Of a stretch of 64,000 nt of DNA, positions 10,231-23,140 are shown one piece after another. A program made the position numbers and the translations under genes. This DNA comes from Negaprion brevirostris. Taxonomy: Eukaryota. Numbering within the stretch: position 1 is the stretch's first letter; every line of letters begins with the position of its first letter. Below the pieces are notes generated by a model. It saw nothing but the letters and a program-made list of their open reading frames with translations, searched no databases and was not told the origin of the DNA. The stretch lies in assembly GCA_030324005.1 (NCBI GenBank), contig JARDVH010000084.1, forward strand, positions 39,846,585 to 39,910,584. Reading direction: 5' to 3'.

Positions 10231-11379
10231 TATTTCTTGGCTCACCACCTGGTGACAGCTATCATCATCACAGTGAGAGCACACTGTGGCTCTCATGTGG
10301 ATGCTGGCAAATAGCTACTTCCTCCCAGTATGGATATAGATCAAAGTCCCACTATGTAAAATCACATGAAATCTCATCATCTGACTGACTGCTCTATTAC
10401 GAAAACTTTCCTTGTAACATATATATTCTTGTGTCAGGACTGCTACATATGTCAAAAAAAAATGCGCTGACAATTTTTAGTGTGAATACTCATTTTGTAG
10501 TTTCTCCTGGCTGATAGAGGAATGGTGCATTTTGTTGTGATTTCTCAGCCCCAGTATTGCACATTCTCATTTCCACGAGGAGATTAGCTCATTTCTGTGA
10601 ACAATGAATAGATGGTCCAAGCTCGAGTTCTAGTGAGGAAATGAGACAAAGCAAAGAATGAACAGCATGTAGGAAGTAAAGCAGTGGGAGAAGCATATAG
10701 AAAGAAGAAAATACTGAGGGCAAAAAGAGTGGAAAGCCCATTAAAACAAAAGACAAACCAAATCACGAGGGTAATTCCAAGGTATTGCTTAAGAGTGGTA
10801 CTTTCTAGAGATGTCTCCCAGAAAATTGCAGATTGGCAGTGCATAATTTTCTGACAATTAAAATCAAAGGAAGATTCTTTGCTGTGAGCAGTTAATTGAC
10901 CACTGAGCTCCTCGTTAGAATTATCAGATTACCAAATAAGCTGCATGAGGAAGAGAGAGATCCAAGAAGATTAAGTGTGCAAGAAATGCAATTAAAGAAA
11001 TCTGTTGCCAGAAAGAAAAAGGAGGAAGAATTTGTGAAAACAAAACTCAAAGATGAACAGAGATACATAACCATAAATGTAAAAACTTGGAAAAAGATAC
11101 ATACAATGACGGATAAAGTTAAAATTTTTAAAAATGCAATGTGAGAAGAAAGATTTAGAGTGGAATCACGTACTCTCACTGCTGGTGTGCGTGGAAGCGG
11201 GAAGGACAAGTTATTTGGCTGGATAGTGCTGTACCAGAACTCTACAACCCCTCTTGCTTTCTCCAGAATTATGTTCTGGGTGGGAAGGCCCAAAGTCAAA
11301 GTTCTCGCCAACTGAGATCCTTGACCACTGAAAGGTCTCATCCCACCATTGCTGGCACTGGTGGGTGGGCCTGTAACCA

Positions 11380-11597
11380 TGTGGTGTGTGTTAGGAATGA
11401 GCTAACTACAACCTTGCACTTTAAATCTAATTTGTTATGTTAGTTGTGTAATAGACCTCACTGGGATATATAAAGGGGTTACAGGTGGCACTGGGTGTTG
11501 GAGATTTGTTATGTAGAGTTGAATCAGAAAATAAAGGGAGTGTATGAAGAAGCAGGACTTGCTTCCTTTACTGGACTGCAATCAAGAGGCTCAAACA
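11380..11597 (+). mobile_element. Possible LTR (Gypsy-like)
   Basis: Starts TG, ends ACA, with TATATAAA at 11467-11474 and AATAAA at 11530-11535. No clean TSD seen. Confidence 0.35.
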
Positions 11598-12539
11598 CTG
11601 TGCACGGCAGCTAAAGGCACTCAGTGCATGATTGATGGACTAAATGTTAAGAAGGGGGGAGGCGTGAGCTGCACCACCACCCACAGAACATCAATTAATA
11701 TTTAAACATTCTTGAGACACAGCAATGCAACACCAAATGTTCAGAGGAGATATCTGTGTAAAAAAAAATAATGTAAACTGTAGTAGCAAAGAAATCAACT
11801 TTAATTGCCTGAGCCATCTGGAGTTGTAAGAACGCAAGCACTTAAGTATGAATAACTAAACAATGTACTTTCCACAAAGACAACAGGATATTTTCCCTGT
11901 CATAGCTGTGTTAGATTTAATGTCTTAGTTAATAAAACAGAAATAAATGTTGCCATAAAGAATTAAAAAAAATTCCACCAAACAACCTCCAGGCAGAACA
12001 ATCCTAATGTACATATTTAAAGTTGAAATGGAGGATCAACGGACAAGATGTTATTCAAGGTGACACAACGTCTTTGTCTTCATTCTTCCATTTACCCATT
12101 TCACTATGATTATTCAACCACTTATGCTCTGAACTTAGCTTTGGTTGGGAACTTACATTAAAGGTACCTTTAATTTATTGTGAGCTTTTATGTAGCAAAT
12201 GCAGTAGTCACACCTGAGGTTTTTATAGTAAGTTTCATTTGTTGAACGGTTTCTCAACGCCTTTCAACACTCATGAAACATGTACTGTCAGCTAGTATCC
12301 AAATGAATGCAAAACTCGCCAGAAGTTAATGCTTCCACACAAGATTAAACAAAAAGGATTCAAAATAACTCTGGTAGGTTTCTCAATCTCCAAAGTTGAT
12401 ACAGTACTCCAGGACGCATCACCCAAATTTTTTACTCTCCTGATCTTGTCTCACAAGTGTTTCTAAGGGTTAAACTGGTGTCCTCCTTAAAAGTCCTGAT
12501 CAAATCCAAAACCTTGCCTCCAATGGTTCAGAGTTACTC

Positions 12540-12635
12540 CCTGGGCAGCATGGTGGACAAGATGCTCTTCTGGAGAGTCAGTGCAGACTCAATGGGCTGA
12601 ATGGCTTCCTTCTGCACTGTAGGGGTTCTATGCTT
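12540..12635 (+). mobile_element. HE1/CR1-type 3' tail fragment
   Basis: 'gtgcagactcaatgggctgaatggcttccttctgcactgtaggggttctatg'. Confidence 0.7.
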
Positions 12636-13384
12636 TTAAAAATATTGGCCAGGATTTAAAATAATGAAAATCTGAGCAGAGAGCTTAACAGTGTCTCAAT
12701 TGTGCCAAATTGAAAGATTGAGAGCTGCATTGTTTAAGCTCAGTTTTTAGTTCATCCTTTCAAGAGTGTTAAAGTGATTTCTACACAAAGAATGGAACAT
12801 AAATTGTGCCCCAAAAATTTAGTCTGTTCTTAGTTGCAGGTGGTATACTCCTATCCTACAAAACATCAATAGACGATACAAAATGTTCTGAAAACTGGGA
12901 GGTAACCATTAAGGTCAGAGATCTTCTGGCATGGAGAATGTGACAGCTCAGTAAGATGGCTGACAATATACACCTTTCAGAGAAAACAGAAACAGTTGAA
13001 TAAAAGTACTGTAAATCATAACTCAGCTTAAATCTCAGTCTAAACTGTTTAAAGTTTGATGCTTCATTGAAGAGGAGGAGTGTTTGAAACTCTTATCAAC
13101 TTAAAAAAAAATTCACACTGGAATGATTAAAAGACATTTTTCTGAGCTATCATATGTCCCTTGGTTTATTGCCAGCCCTAGTATTTCACAAAATGAACAA
13201 CCAAATCACTATTTCTTCATAAACTAATCCCCAAGTAACTTTTAATCCCCTTTTAATTACAAACCTTAGCAATTTGATTACCTGTCTTGGCTTTAACAAA
13301 GGCAGTCGTCAGATAAGAATTTACTGTCTCTATAGCAATATTACTTTTTGTTTTACAACCAACTGATTCAATAACTACATCTGA

Positions 13385-13625
13385 TAGAATCACAGGCTCC
13401 CTGTGGTGCAGGAGGAAGCCATTTGGCCCATCGAGCCTGCACTGACAACGATCCCAAACAGTGCCTATCCCTGGAGCCTCAAGCATTTACCCTACTATTC
13501 TCCCTGACATAAGGGGCAATTTGGCATAGCCAATCCGCCTAACACACACATCTATGGACTGTGGGAGGAAATCAGAGCACCCGGTGGAAACCACCTATCA
13601 AGACATGGGGAGGACAGGCAAATAC
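13385..13625 (-). mobile_element. HE1 V-SINE, 5'-truncated
   Basis: Tail 'gtgcaggaggaagccatttggcccatcgagcctgcac' and V-domain 'ggactgtgggaggaaatcagagcacccggtggaaacc'. Confidence 0.85.
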
Positions 13626-13649
13626 AAATGGGACTAGAGTAGAAGCTAA

Positions 13650-13816
13650 GGGAGTAAATTTAACCTTAGCCATAAAATAGGAAACCAGGATCTCTGGGTC
13701 AGTTGACCCCACCCATACTACTCCTCTCATTGACTTTGATGGACTGAAGTTGATGTGATGTTAAAAAGGTAATAGACATAACCCTGTCCAATTTGTCCTT
13801 CATTAAAATTACCTCC
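13650..13816. mobile_element. Old Harbinger-like MITE with central CATTGACTTTGATG near-palindrome
   Basis: Ends GGGAGTAAATTTAA / TTAAAATTACCTCC, flanked by TAA and TGA. Confidence 0.5.
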
Positions 13817-13894
13817 TGAATATTTCATTAGCAGATCTGGCTATGTTTGAGCACAAAAACAAACCATTTACTATTCTTATGGAAGTGTACTTAC

Positions 13895-14190
13895 ATTTAT
13901 CAACATGGCTTAGTTGGCAACGCTGCCAGCTTTGAGTACGAAAGTCATGGGTTCTCAACCCACTCCATAATCTGGACTGCAGAACAGTACTGGGAAAGTT
14001 TTGCACTGTCAAAAGGTAGTTTATTTTAGTTGATCTTTGAAACTGAAGTCATGCCTGATCCATAAAAGACCACATCAGAAGGCTCAGGTGTCTTGGGCTA
14101 AACTAATACCTCCAACAACATATTCCCCCTCCACATAAAGTTGGGTGGCTCTATTAAATTTGCATAAATGGCTAAATCTTTTCCCTACAC
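13895..14190 (+). mobile_element. SacSINE-like copy, highly degenerate
   Basis: Head 'catggcttagttggcaacgct..tttgagtacgaaagtcatgggttctcaacccactcca' and body 'cagtactgggaaagttttgcactgtc'. Confidence 0.55.
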
Positions 14191-14284
14191 AAATAATTTT
14201 TTTTGCCCAATTTATTCATCTGCCGAAGGCCTGTGTTTTGCTGTAACACGTATCCTAGCCTCCACCAATCCTCCAGTGTCGTGC

Positions 14285-14530
14285 CAATGTAACCATTCTT
14301 CACACCGTTTTAGCTGACACAAGTGTTGCTGCACTGATTGAAGGTGGAATGCATCACAGCTGAGCTCAAGTCGTCCTTGTCAAGCAACATCCACAAACAT
14401 ATATTTTTCTGGGTGGTTAGCCATCTGGAATGGAAACTGTCATTAAGTATTCCCTCCCTAACCCAGGGCACTAAAGCCAATGCAGCTTCTCAATTGTTAG
14501 CCAGGCTGAAATGAGTTCCTCTGTATGGAC
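14285..14530 (-). mobile_element. Ancient tRNA-headed SINE relic (family unnamed)
   Basis: 'gcatcacagctgagctc..tccttgtc' and 'ccctccctaacccagggcactaaagccaat'. Related relics lie at ~26410-26670(+), 37700-37850(-), 49790-50040(-), 58400-58500(-) and 61790-62130(+). Confidence 0.45.
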
Positions 14531-15499
14531 CGATATGAATGGTTGTTAAAATTTATGATCAAATCTGCTTCAAACTATACCATTGCTGACTTGTGAAACA
14601 CTTAAACTGTAACTAAGTAAAGGAATTTCCTTTGGTGCCTTAATTAACAAAAACAAAAAAAAACTGTTCTAAATTTTTAGATCAAAGTAAGAACATTTTA
14701 GTTAAGCTCACATAAATATAGGCATACATATATTAAATACATGTTATGAGGCCAAATGGAATTTGTTCTGGCTTAGCAACATGCATAGCTTCACTGCAGA
14801 GGCAGAGAGAATCTTAACTCCTTGTGGGGTTTTGTACATACAAATTGCTTAAGTTCAAGAGTCTGAATGAAAGGGTCAAGAAGGTGTTTGGTTAGGTGTA
14901 GTTTCACATTTCAACATATATGTACTACTAGTTCAAGCAGATAGAGGCTCACTTTGATTTCAGGTGACAGTGTAAAACAATCAATTTCAATTCCACTTCA
15001 TTGATTTCAATGGTAAAAAAATACTTGTACACCTAATGGAAATCAATAAGATTTCTTTCTCAAATGAAGAGATTTTTAGAGATATAAATATCGCCTATGG
15101 GTTTTCATAGCATAAAATAACAACTCGACAAACCCCTAAACTTTTCAATGTATGCTCAACTGGTGCAATCATGAAATAGATCCCTTTGCGAGCAGACGCT
15201 TTTCAACTATTATGAATGAAAGTACACTATCATGCATATTCAATTGGCTGGTGATTCTGTTCTGCTGAAATATAAGTTACTGTTAACAGACTGTATGCAC
15301 ATCATACAGGGAGGAGTCACTGCGAAAGCCCACAGTTCCAAAGCTTCAACGTGACAGGATCCTAGTTAAATGGAGAAATATATTTTGGAGATAAGCCAGT
15401 GCTGCAGACAGGAATAGGTGACTCATGCACTACCAAGTGCCGCATCATAAATAACACAGTGGTTTCAGATAATAAGAAGAAATATTCAGAAGAATGATA

Positions 15500-15612
15500 G
15501 ATTGGAAATGTTAACCTGTCTTTCCATTTCAGATGCTAATTGGCCTTCTGTGTATTTCCAGCATTTTCTACATTTCAATTCAAATTTCTACCACACATGC
15601 AGATTTCTTTTC
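15500..15612 (+). mobile_element. Penelope-associated terminal fragment
   Basis: 'gaaatgttaacctgtctttcc..cagatgct..tgtgtatttccagcattttc', the reverse complement of the 765-870 type repeat. Confidence 0.5.
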
Positions 15613-16109
15613 AGCTTTTTACCTTCTTCGCAGACTTGTTCACAGCAGTCCCAATTTAGAAATCACACTAAAATATCATTAAAAAGAAGGATTGACAACT
15701 TTGAAAAGCTCAATAAGGAACCAGATGACTTGAACATCAAATGAGTTACACAATGGATATGAGGAAACAGTTGGACAGGGAAAGTATTTCTGAGATCTTG
15801 TTAAAAGTTTTTGAAACAAAACCATTTTTGGTTACTCATGTTGATCATACACAAAATTACAAGTAGTAAATATGATATTCCCCCATTCTATGAAACATTG
15901 TTTGTAATACAGTTCAAACCATTTGAAACTGCTCGCTCTGAAGTGTAATTTGCTGTCAAAATGTATCTTAACAACCCTCAATTACATTGTCTTTTCCAGA
16001 AGCGCTCGGGAGACATTATGGGCTATTTGAAAACATTTGGAAGATTCCCTGATCGTGAGGTCAATTTGGAAAGATTAAAGTCTTGATGTAGTCGATTTCA
16101 TTCTTTCAG

Positions 16110-16243
16110 AATACATACGAACATAAGAACATAAGAAATAGGAGCAGGAGTGGGACATCTAGCCCCTCGAGCCTGCCCCGCCATTCAGTAAGATCATGGC
16201 TGATCTGTCGTGGCTCAGTTCCACACTCCCGCCCTCTCCCCAT
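16110..16243 (-). mobile_element. CR1 LINE 3' tail
   Basis: (aacataag)n followed by 'aggagcaggagt..catctagcccctcgagcctgccccgccattca'. Confidence 0.9.
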
Positions 16244-16660
16244 NNNNNNNNNNNNNNNNNNNNNNNNNNNNNNNNNNNNNNNNNNNNNNNNNNNNNNNNN
16301 NNNNNNNNNNNNNNNNNNNNNNNNNNNNNNNNNNNNNNNNNNNNNNNNNNNNNNNNNNNNNNNNNNNNNNNNNNNNNNNNNNNNNNNNNNNNNNNNNNNN
16401 NNNNNNNNNNNNNNNNNNNNNNNNNNNNNNNNNNNNNNNNNNNNNNNNNNNNNNNNNNNNNNNNNNNNNNNNNNNNNNNNNNNNNNNNNNNNNNNNNNNN
16501 NNNNNNNNNNNNNNNNNNNNNNNNNNNNNNNNNNNNNNNNNNNNNNNNNNNNNNNNNNNNNNNNNNNNNNNNNNNNNNNNNNNNNNNNNNNNNNNNNNNN
16601 NNNNNNNNNNNNNNNNNNNNNNNNNNNNNNNNNNNNNNNNNNNNNNNNNNNNNNNNNNNN

Positions 16661-16846
16661 TTGTTGAGACAGCGGATAGTGTAGACAGAGTCAATGGATG
16701 GGAGGCTGGTTTACATGAAGGATTGGGCTACATTCACAGCCTTCTGTAGTTTCTTGCAGTCTTGGGCAGAGCAGAGCTATACCAAGTTGTGATACAACCA
16801 GAAAGAATGCTTTCTATGGTGCATCTGTAAAAGTTGGTGAGGGTCA
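16661..16846 (-). mobile_element. Rex1/Babar-clade LINE fragment
   Basis: Minus-strand peptide 'TLTNFYRCTIESILSGCITTWYS..SAQDCKKLQKAVNVAQS..TSLPSIDSVYT', matching the Rex1 post-RT region. Confidence 0.75.
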
Positions 16847-18157
16847 AATGACTTTGGAAATATAGGATGTAAATAATTTAAACCCTCTTTGTGCCGCTGA
16901 CTATTGAACAAAGAGTTTAATCTTATTCTGTAGGAGAGGCAGTCACACCCTATTGGTGAAGTTGTATTAACTCATACAACCAGGTTTTTTTTTTCATTTA
17001 TATCAGTGAAATCATTCATTTGCTAAAACAGTCTATTATATGATCTCAAGTAGCAACATAATATACACTGAGCCCTTCATTTAAAGCAATACCAAGTAAA
17101 AATCAATTAACTTGCAAGGTAAGGGTTTACTTTAGTCGTTGCTCCAAGATGGTCAGTAATCCAATTTTAACATTTTGTAATAGTCCATGAAAAATTTAAA
17201 AGTGTGCACAATTTTTAAGGGGATAACACTACGCAAAAGAGACACCAAAGGAGGAAATAAATTGGTCAGCAACAATACACTCGAAATCACAAAGACTTTC
17301 CAACAGCTAACAAGCTACTTAACCAGAATTAACAACAGAAAGTCTTTGAATGTAGCCAGACCATGTGCAATCATTCTACGAAGCGACCGAATTGGAAATT
17401 TGTAAATCCCTTCTGTGGGCACTGACTGTGAGTGTATTCCAATAAGGGAAAATTAGAGGATATTTTGTGGGGGTGGGCAGCTTCCTAAGAAGCCACAGAA
17501 ACAAATCAAACAAATCGGAGTCCTTCAAAAGAATAAAATGGACATTCTTGCACAAAGATAAAAAAATTACAAACATGATGGAAGGAAGGTGGGGCAAGCG
17601 AAGAGTTTGAGTCCCACTCCAGCTGAGGTAGACTTAAGGCCTTCTTCCTCACACTGCCTGTAGTAGTTTGATGATACCATCTCAAGTCGTAAGAAAGGTA
17701 ATGAAAATAATTAGGTTCTGCACAGTGAATTACATCTGTCACAAAAACAGAACTTACTGTAGGAAAAAATTTCCATCATTAAGTCGCTCTCCCTGAACCC
17801 ACAGAGCCCTTAGGTTTAAAACTAAAACCTGCACAAAATAGGAGATCATTGAATGAAATGTGTTGTTGGTGTTCCAATAAATAACAATATGAAGACAGAA
17901 CTGAAAGTAGAAACTGCCTGAAGCTCACAAAGACCAGTGGCATTTAAAATAGTATAGATGTTTTATCGGAAGGGAAGAGAACTGATTTGTTCAAGAGTCG
18001 GCCTGTCAAAAATACTGCCCTGAAGGAAACCAGAGGGGTGCACAAACTTACACACAAAATATTCCATGATTTTCACAATAATGTTTATGACATTGTCCAT
18101 GCATGAAAAACTGTGCAAGTAATGGCAATACATACCCAAGTTAATTAGCTCAGAGCA

Positions 18158-18840
18158 GAGAACAAAGAACAAAGAAAAGTATAGCACAGGAAGAGGCCNN
18201 NNNNNNNNNNNNNNNNNNNNNNNNNNNNNNNNNNNNNNNNNNNNNNNNNNNNNNNNNNNNNNNNNNNNNNNNNNNNNNNNNNNNNNNNNNNNNNNNNNTT
18301 AGCTCAGAGCAGAGAACAAAGAACAAAGAAAAGTATAGCACAGGAAGAGGCCTTTCTGCCCTCCAAACCTGTGCTGATTATGATACCCTATCTAAGCTAA
18401 AAAAAACCTTCTGCCCTTACTTGGTCTGTATCCCTCCATTCATGTACCCATCCAGATGCCTCTTAAATGTTGCTAATGTGCGTGCTTCCATCATCTCCTC
18501 TGGCAGCATGTTCCTGGCACCCACCACTCTCTGCAGGAAAAACCTCCCCCTGACATCTCCCTCTCACCTTGAACCGGTGCCCTCTCGTAATTGACACTTT
18601 CACTCTTGGAAAGAGCCTCTGACTATCCACCCTGTCTACGCCTCTCATAATTTTGTAGACCTCTGTCAGGTCTCTCCTCTGTCTCCAGGTTTTTAATCAA
18701 AACAATTCTAGTTTATTGAACCTCATAGCCAACACTGTTGAGACCAGGCAACATCCTGGTGAACCTTCTTTGCACTCTCTCCAAAGCTTCCATGTCCTTC
18801 TGATAGTACGGTGAACAGAAGTGTATGTAATACTCCAAAT
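18158..18840 (-). mobile_element. CR1 LINE 3' portion
   Basis: Peptides 'MRGVDRVDSQRLFPRVKVSITRGHRFKVRG' and 'KDMEALERVQRRFTRMLPG', with a (gaacaaa)n tail. Confidence 0.9.
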
Positions 18841-19217
18841 GAGTATTTTACATATACACAGCAAACAATTACTGAGCATCTGTCATTGGTATTATTTGAC
18901 AGAAAGTTGAGGAGGATGTGTATTTGAATTACCAAAATGCACTCCATTTTGAGGGTACGCAGTTACAGAATTAATCCTGCAATATCGCTTCTACTCTTTT
19001 CACTCAGCAAGGGGTCTTGCAGGCACATCCAAAATAACAGCAACGCCACCCAAGTAACTTAAGCACCTGNNNNNNNNNNNNNNNNNNNNNNNNNNNNNNN
19101 NNNNNNNNNNNNNNNNNNNNNNNNNNNNNNNNNNNNNNNNNNNNNNNNNNNNNNNNNNNNNNNNNNNNNNNNNNNNNNNNNNNNNNNNNNNNNNNNNNNN
19201 NNNNNNNNNNNNNNNNA

Positions 19218-19615
19218 GAGCTGATGACAACTGGAAATAGAATAAGCTTGATACTTTTGTGTAGTGGGGGATGAGGAAGAAGGTGGGTTGGCAGTGTTGG
19301 ATGTAGTGTTGGAGCTGGATAAAGCAGCAATGACAGGTGGAGGCAGGGGAGAGATTGGCAAAGATGTCATGGACAAAAGTGCAAAGGGAGTGTAAATGGT
19401 GATGATTACAGCTAAGATAGGTGTGGATAGTGGCACACATTCTTTTTCATACTCTCCCTTGTCTCCACCTATCGCTGGTCTCTATCCAAACCACACCCAC
19501 ACACACGCGCATGCACACATAGTTAGCTCTGTGTTCTCTCTCCACAGATGCTGTCAGGTGTACTGAGATTTTGCAGCATGAACTAAAGTTCCAGCGTCTG
19601 CAGTAATTTGGTTCT
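19218..19615. mobile_element. Penelope-associated non-autonomous fragment
   Basis: Purine-rich arm followed by 'ctctgtgttctctctccacagatgctgtcagg..ctgagattttgcagcat..ttccagcgtctgcagtaatttg'. Confidence 0.55.
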
Positions 19616-20218
19616 ACCTCATGTAACAGACTGTCCTACCTGAGTTATTTGTATTTGTTTTCCAAAGGAAGACACTAAAACACATGAAGAATCGTGATCT
19701 GTTATTTGCTTCAATCCACATGTGCTTAAACTGGCCGAACAATTGTTTGCACTGCAGTTTGTTATTCATGGCTTTTCTCTTCCCCCTCAAACAAAATGTT
19801 GAATATTCTAGTAATTTCAGCTGCTGTATTTTAAGAACTGGAGAATCACTCCAATTTCACCAATTTACCTCTTAACCTATGACTCATCATTTTTACAGAA
19901 ACATTATCACATTTCATGAATTATAACTTTAATGGAATTACGTAAATTGCAATTAGCTCCCTAAATTTAGATTATAATTTATAGCCTGTTAAGTTCTTCA
20001 GCAATACGAACGTAGCATAGTTAATTTTTTGCTATGCTGCATATGTAGAAGGTGGACATAAATATGTAGGTAGACATTTATTGCTATGAGACACCAAATT
20101 TATAATTACATTAGCTTTACACATTAGCACTAGTCATAGTAAGTCATTAAAGAGTTTTTAGTTGGCAAATGTGTAAAAAATTATAAATGATTCCAGCATA
20201 ATTAATATTTGATACTAT

Positions 20219-20768
20219 GGCGTGAAGCTTTAGGATGAAATCTGGAGAGTTATCAGGGAACACATCCCCACCGACTCAGGCAGGCCAGCTGCCATTTTAC
20301 ATTCTAATGAGAGCAGATGGGACTTCCTTCCTGACTTGGACAGGAATCCCGCCCTGAAGAGCTGCTGGCCAATTAGAATGGTCAACAGCTCTCCTGCTCT
20401 TCCAGGAACAGCAATATTGGGACATGGAGGCCAGATAAATGATACAGGTTGGTGAGGGGTGGGGTGGAGTAAGGTCTAGTGGTGTCTGATGCCCCAGTCA
20501 GAAAGGGGCTTCTATATTCTTGCCCGAGATCCAGGATTTAAATTTTTTCTATTTTCCACCCTGATTTATCTGGCGCCCACCAGCCTAAATATTGAGGTGG
20601 GGTGGGTAGAGGCCCTCAAGTGGTCTTAATGGGGCAAGGCTGGGTTTACCATCCAAGGACCTGCTCAGCCCACTGTAAAAACTGCAACCAGGCAAAGGGA
20701 GATGGGATCCTAGAGGGAATCTCATTCATGTAATTTTGCACTCCATCACCTCATCCTAAAATCCCAGA
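20219..20768. mobile_element. Old Harbinger-like MITE
   Basis: Ends 'agctttaggatga' / 'tcatcctaaaatccc' are inverted. The GC-richer interior resembles 7650-8191. Confidence 0.4.
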
Positions 20769-20799
20769 AACTGAAGGCGACTGTCCCTATAAATATTGT

Positions 20800-22385
20800 G
20801 GCTACAAGAGCAGGTCAGAACGTTGGAATTCTGCAACAAGTAACTCATTTCCAGACTCCCCAAAGCTTGTTCAGTATCTACAAAGCATAAATCAGGAGTG
20901 CCCAAGTTTGCAGATAAGCCAAAAACAGATGGGAAGGCAAGTGCTGTGGATGCCACAGGGTCTACAGAAGGATATAGATAAAGTGAGTGAGCAAAAACGT
21001 GCCAGATGGAAAATAATGTAGGAAAATGTGAAGTTATGAACTTTGGTGGAAAGAATAAAGGAGTTGAATTTAAATGGAGAAAGACGGCAGAAAGCTGCGG
21101 CACAAAGGGATTTGGGGGTCCTCGTGCATAGATCTCAGGAAGCTAGCGTGCAAGTTTAGCAGGTAATAGGGAGGACAAATGTAATGTTGACCTTTATTTC
21201 AAAGGAAATGGAGTATAAAAATAGGACAATTTTGCTAAAACTTTAGATCACACCTGAAATACTGTGAACAGTTTTGATCCCCAGATGTAAGAGGACATTT
21301 CATAGCATCTGAGAGAATCCAGAGAAGGTTCACCAGGTTGATCTCGGGTATGGAAGGATTTTCTTATGAGGGAAGGTTGAGTAGGATGGGTTTGTACTTA
21401 CTGGAGTTTAGAAGAATGAGAGACAACTTTGAGATATAAAAGATATTCAGCAGGCTTGATAGGGNNNNNNNNNNNNNNNNNNNNNNNNNNNNNNNNNNNN
21501 NNNNNNNNNNNNNNNNNNNNNNNNNNNNNNNNNNNNNNNNNNNNNNNNNNNNNNNNNNNNNNNNGTAGATGCTGAGAGGTTGTTTTCCCCGTGGGAGGAC
21601 CAGTGGGCATAATCTCAGGGTAAAGAGTCACCCAATTAAGATACAGGTGAGGAGGAATTTCTTCTCTAAGAGGGTAGTGAATCTGTGGAATTCTTTACCA
21701 CAGAGGTCTGCAGGGTCTGGAACATTAAGTATATTCAAAGCTGAGATAGACAGACTTTTAATCAGTAAGGGAATCAAGTGTTGTGGGGATATGGTGGGAA
21801 AGTAGGATTGAGGATTATCGTGTCAGACCAGTCATGATCTCAGTAAATAGTGGAGCAGACTTGATGGACCAAATAGACTACTTCTGCTCCTAATCTTATA
21901 TTCTTTTGTGATGGAGTACTCGCCACTTGCTTGGATGAGTACAGCGCCAATAATACACAAGAGCGACACCATCAAGGACAAAGCAGCCACTTGACTGACA
22001 GCAAATTCACTACCTCCACCACTGACACACAGTGGCAGTAGTGCAGAGCATACACAAGATGCACCCCAACAACTCACCAAGGCTCCTTCAACAGTACCTT
22101 CCTGACCTGTAACCTCAACCACCTAAATGGGCAAGGATAGCAGGTAACACCACAATCTGCAAATTCCCCTCCAAGCCACATGCAATCCTGCCTTAGAACT
22201 ATAATCACCATTCCTTCACTGTCACCGGGTCAAAATCCTAACAGCACTGTGTGTGTACCTACACCCCATGGACTTCAGCAGTCCAAAAGAGGCAGCTCAC
22301 CACAGCTTGTCCAGGGAAATTAGAGATGGCAACAAAGGCTGGTCTAGCCAGAAACACCCCTATCTTGTGAAAGAATGAAAACAAA
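20800..22385 (+). mobile_element. Older L2/CR1-group LINE 3' end, split by a younger CR1
   Basis: 'tctacaaagcataaatcaggagtg' (ends 20900) rejoins 'tgatggagtactcgccacttgcttggatg' (from ~21909), giving a YKA..RSVMEYSPLAW-type motif. Tail 'ccagggaaattagagatggcaacaaaggctggtctagccag'. Confidence 0.75.
20901..21907 (+). mobile_element. CR1 LINE, ~1 kb 5'-truncated copy
   Basis: RT 'KFADK' (FADD), 'QRDLGVLVH', 'GHNLRVKSHPIKIQVRRNFFSKRVVNLWNSLPQ', then the tail. Confidence 0.9.
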
Positions 22386-23060
22386 CACTCCTGTAACTAA
22401 TAGCAATATAATGCAAGAAAAGCCAACTGGACCTGGCAGAAGCTGAAATCTGTAGCCTAACCCTCTCAGAGCCACAATCTGCACCAGGGTCCCTACATGA
22501 GCAACACTGAATTTACACCAGTTCTCTTGAAACCACTGGGAGTGCACCTCATAGTGCTAGTTAGAGTGAAGAAACCTACTGTTAAGGACAGCATTATCCG
22601 TTAAGGCTTGGGCAGCAAAAGAGTATAATTCAATCTTTGCTTTGCAAGTAAATCCAAATTCCACCGAATTTTCACATTTAAGAGCATGGTGTCTGCTCTC
22701 TTTTTGCTACAGCTAGTAAAGTTGACACTGATATAGAGGTTGGCTAAATGGTTTAACTGCTCTTTAATGCAGAATCAAGGGAGTATTAAGGAGGTAATAA
22801 GGACTGTTAATGTAGAGGGGCTTTTTCAGGTAATTGGTTTGAGCAAGCCGATGAAAACTCTTGAGAGATCAACCTCTCATTGCCTCTGGCTGCCAGGAGT
22901 TGTGCTACTGTACTTTCTTCCAATTGTCCCACATTTTAATCCAATTCTTTTTCATTCTATCATACCTCTTGTTTTGTACCTCGCACAATTTGACTTTTCA
23001 TACAGNNNNNNNNNNNNNNNNNNNNNNNNNNNNNNNNNNNNNNNNNNNNNNNNNNNNNNN

Positions 23061-23140
23061 GACGCAAAATGTGAACTGTGTTTCTCTCTCCACAGGTGTT
23101 GCCAGATCAGCTGAGTTTTTCCAGCATTTTCTCCTTTTCT
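23061..23140 (+). mobile_element. Penelope-associated terminal fragment
   Basis: 'tgtttctctctccacaggtgttgccagatcagctgagtttttccagcattttc'. Confidence 0.6.

Noticed and set aside
13807-13845. Possible minus-strand microexon (SANEIFR)
   Set aside because: The donor lies inside a MITE terminal repeat and there is no other support.
16196-16749. Long ORFs in the track (also 7033-7689, 19000-19440, 46011-46595 and others)
   Set aside because: Their length comes from N runs translated as X.
18145-18352. 54-bp direct repeat either side of a 100-N gap
   Set aside because: Identical sequence flanking a placeholder gap is a contig-overlap artefact, not a TSD or tandem repeat.
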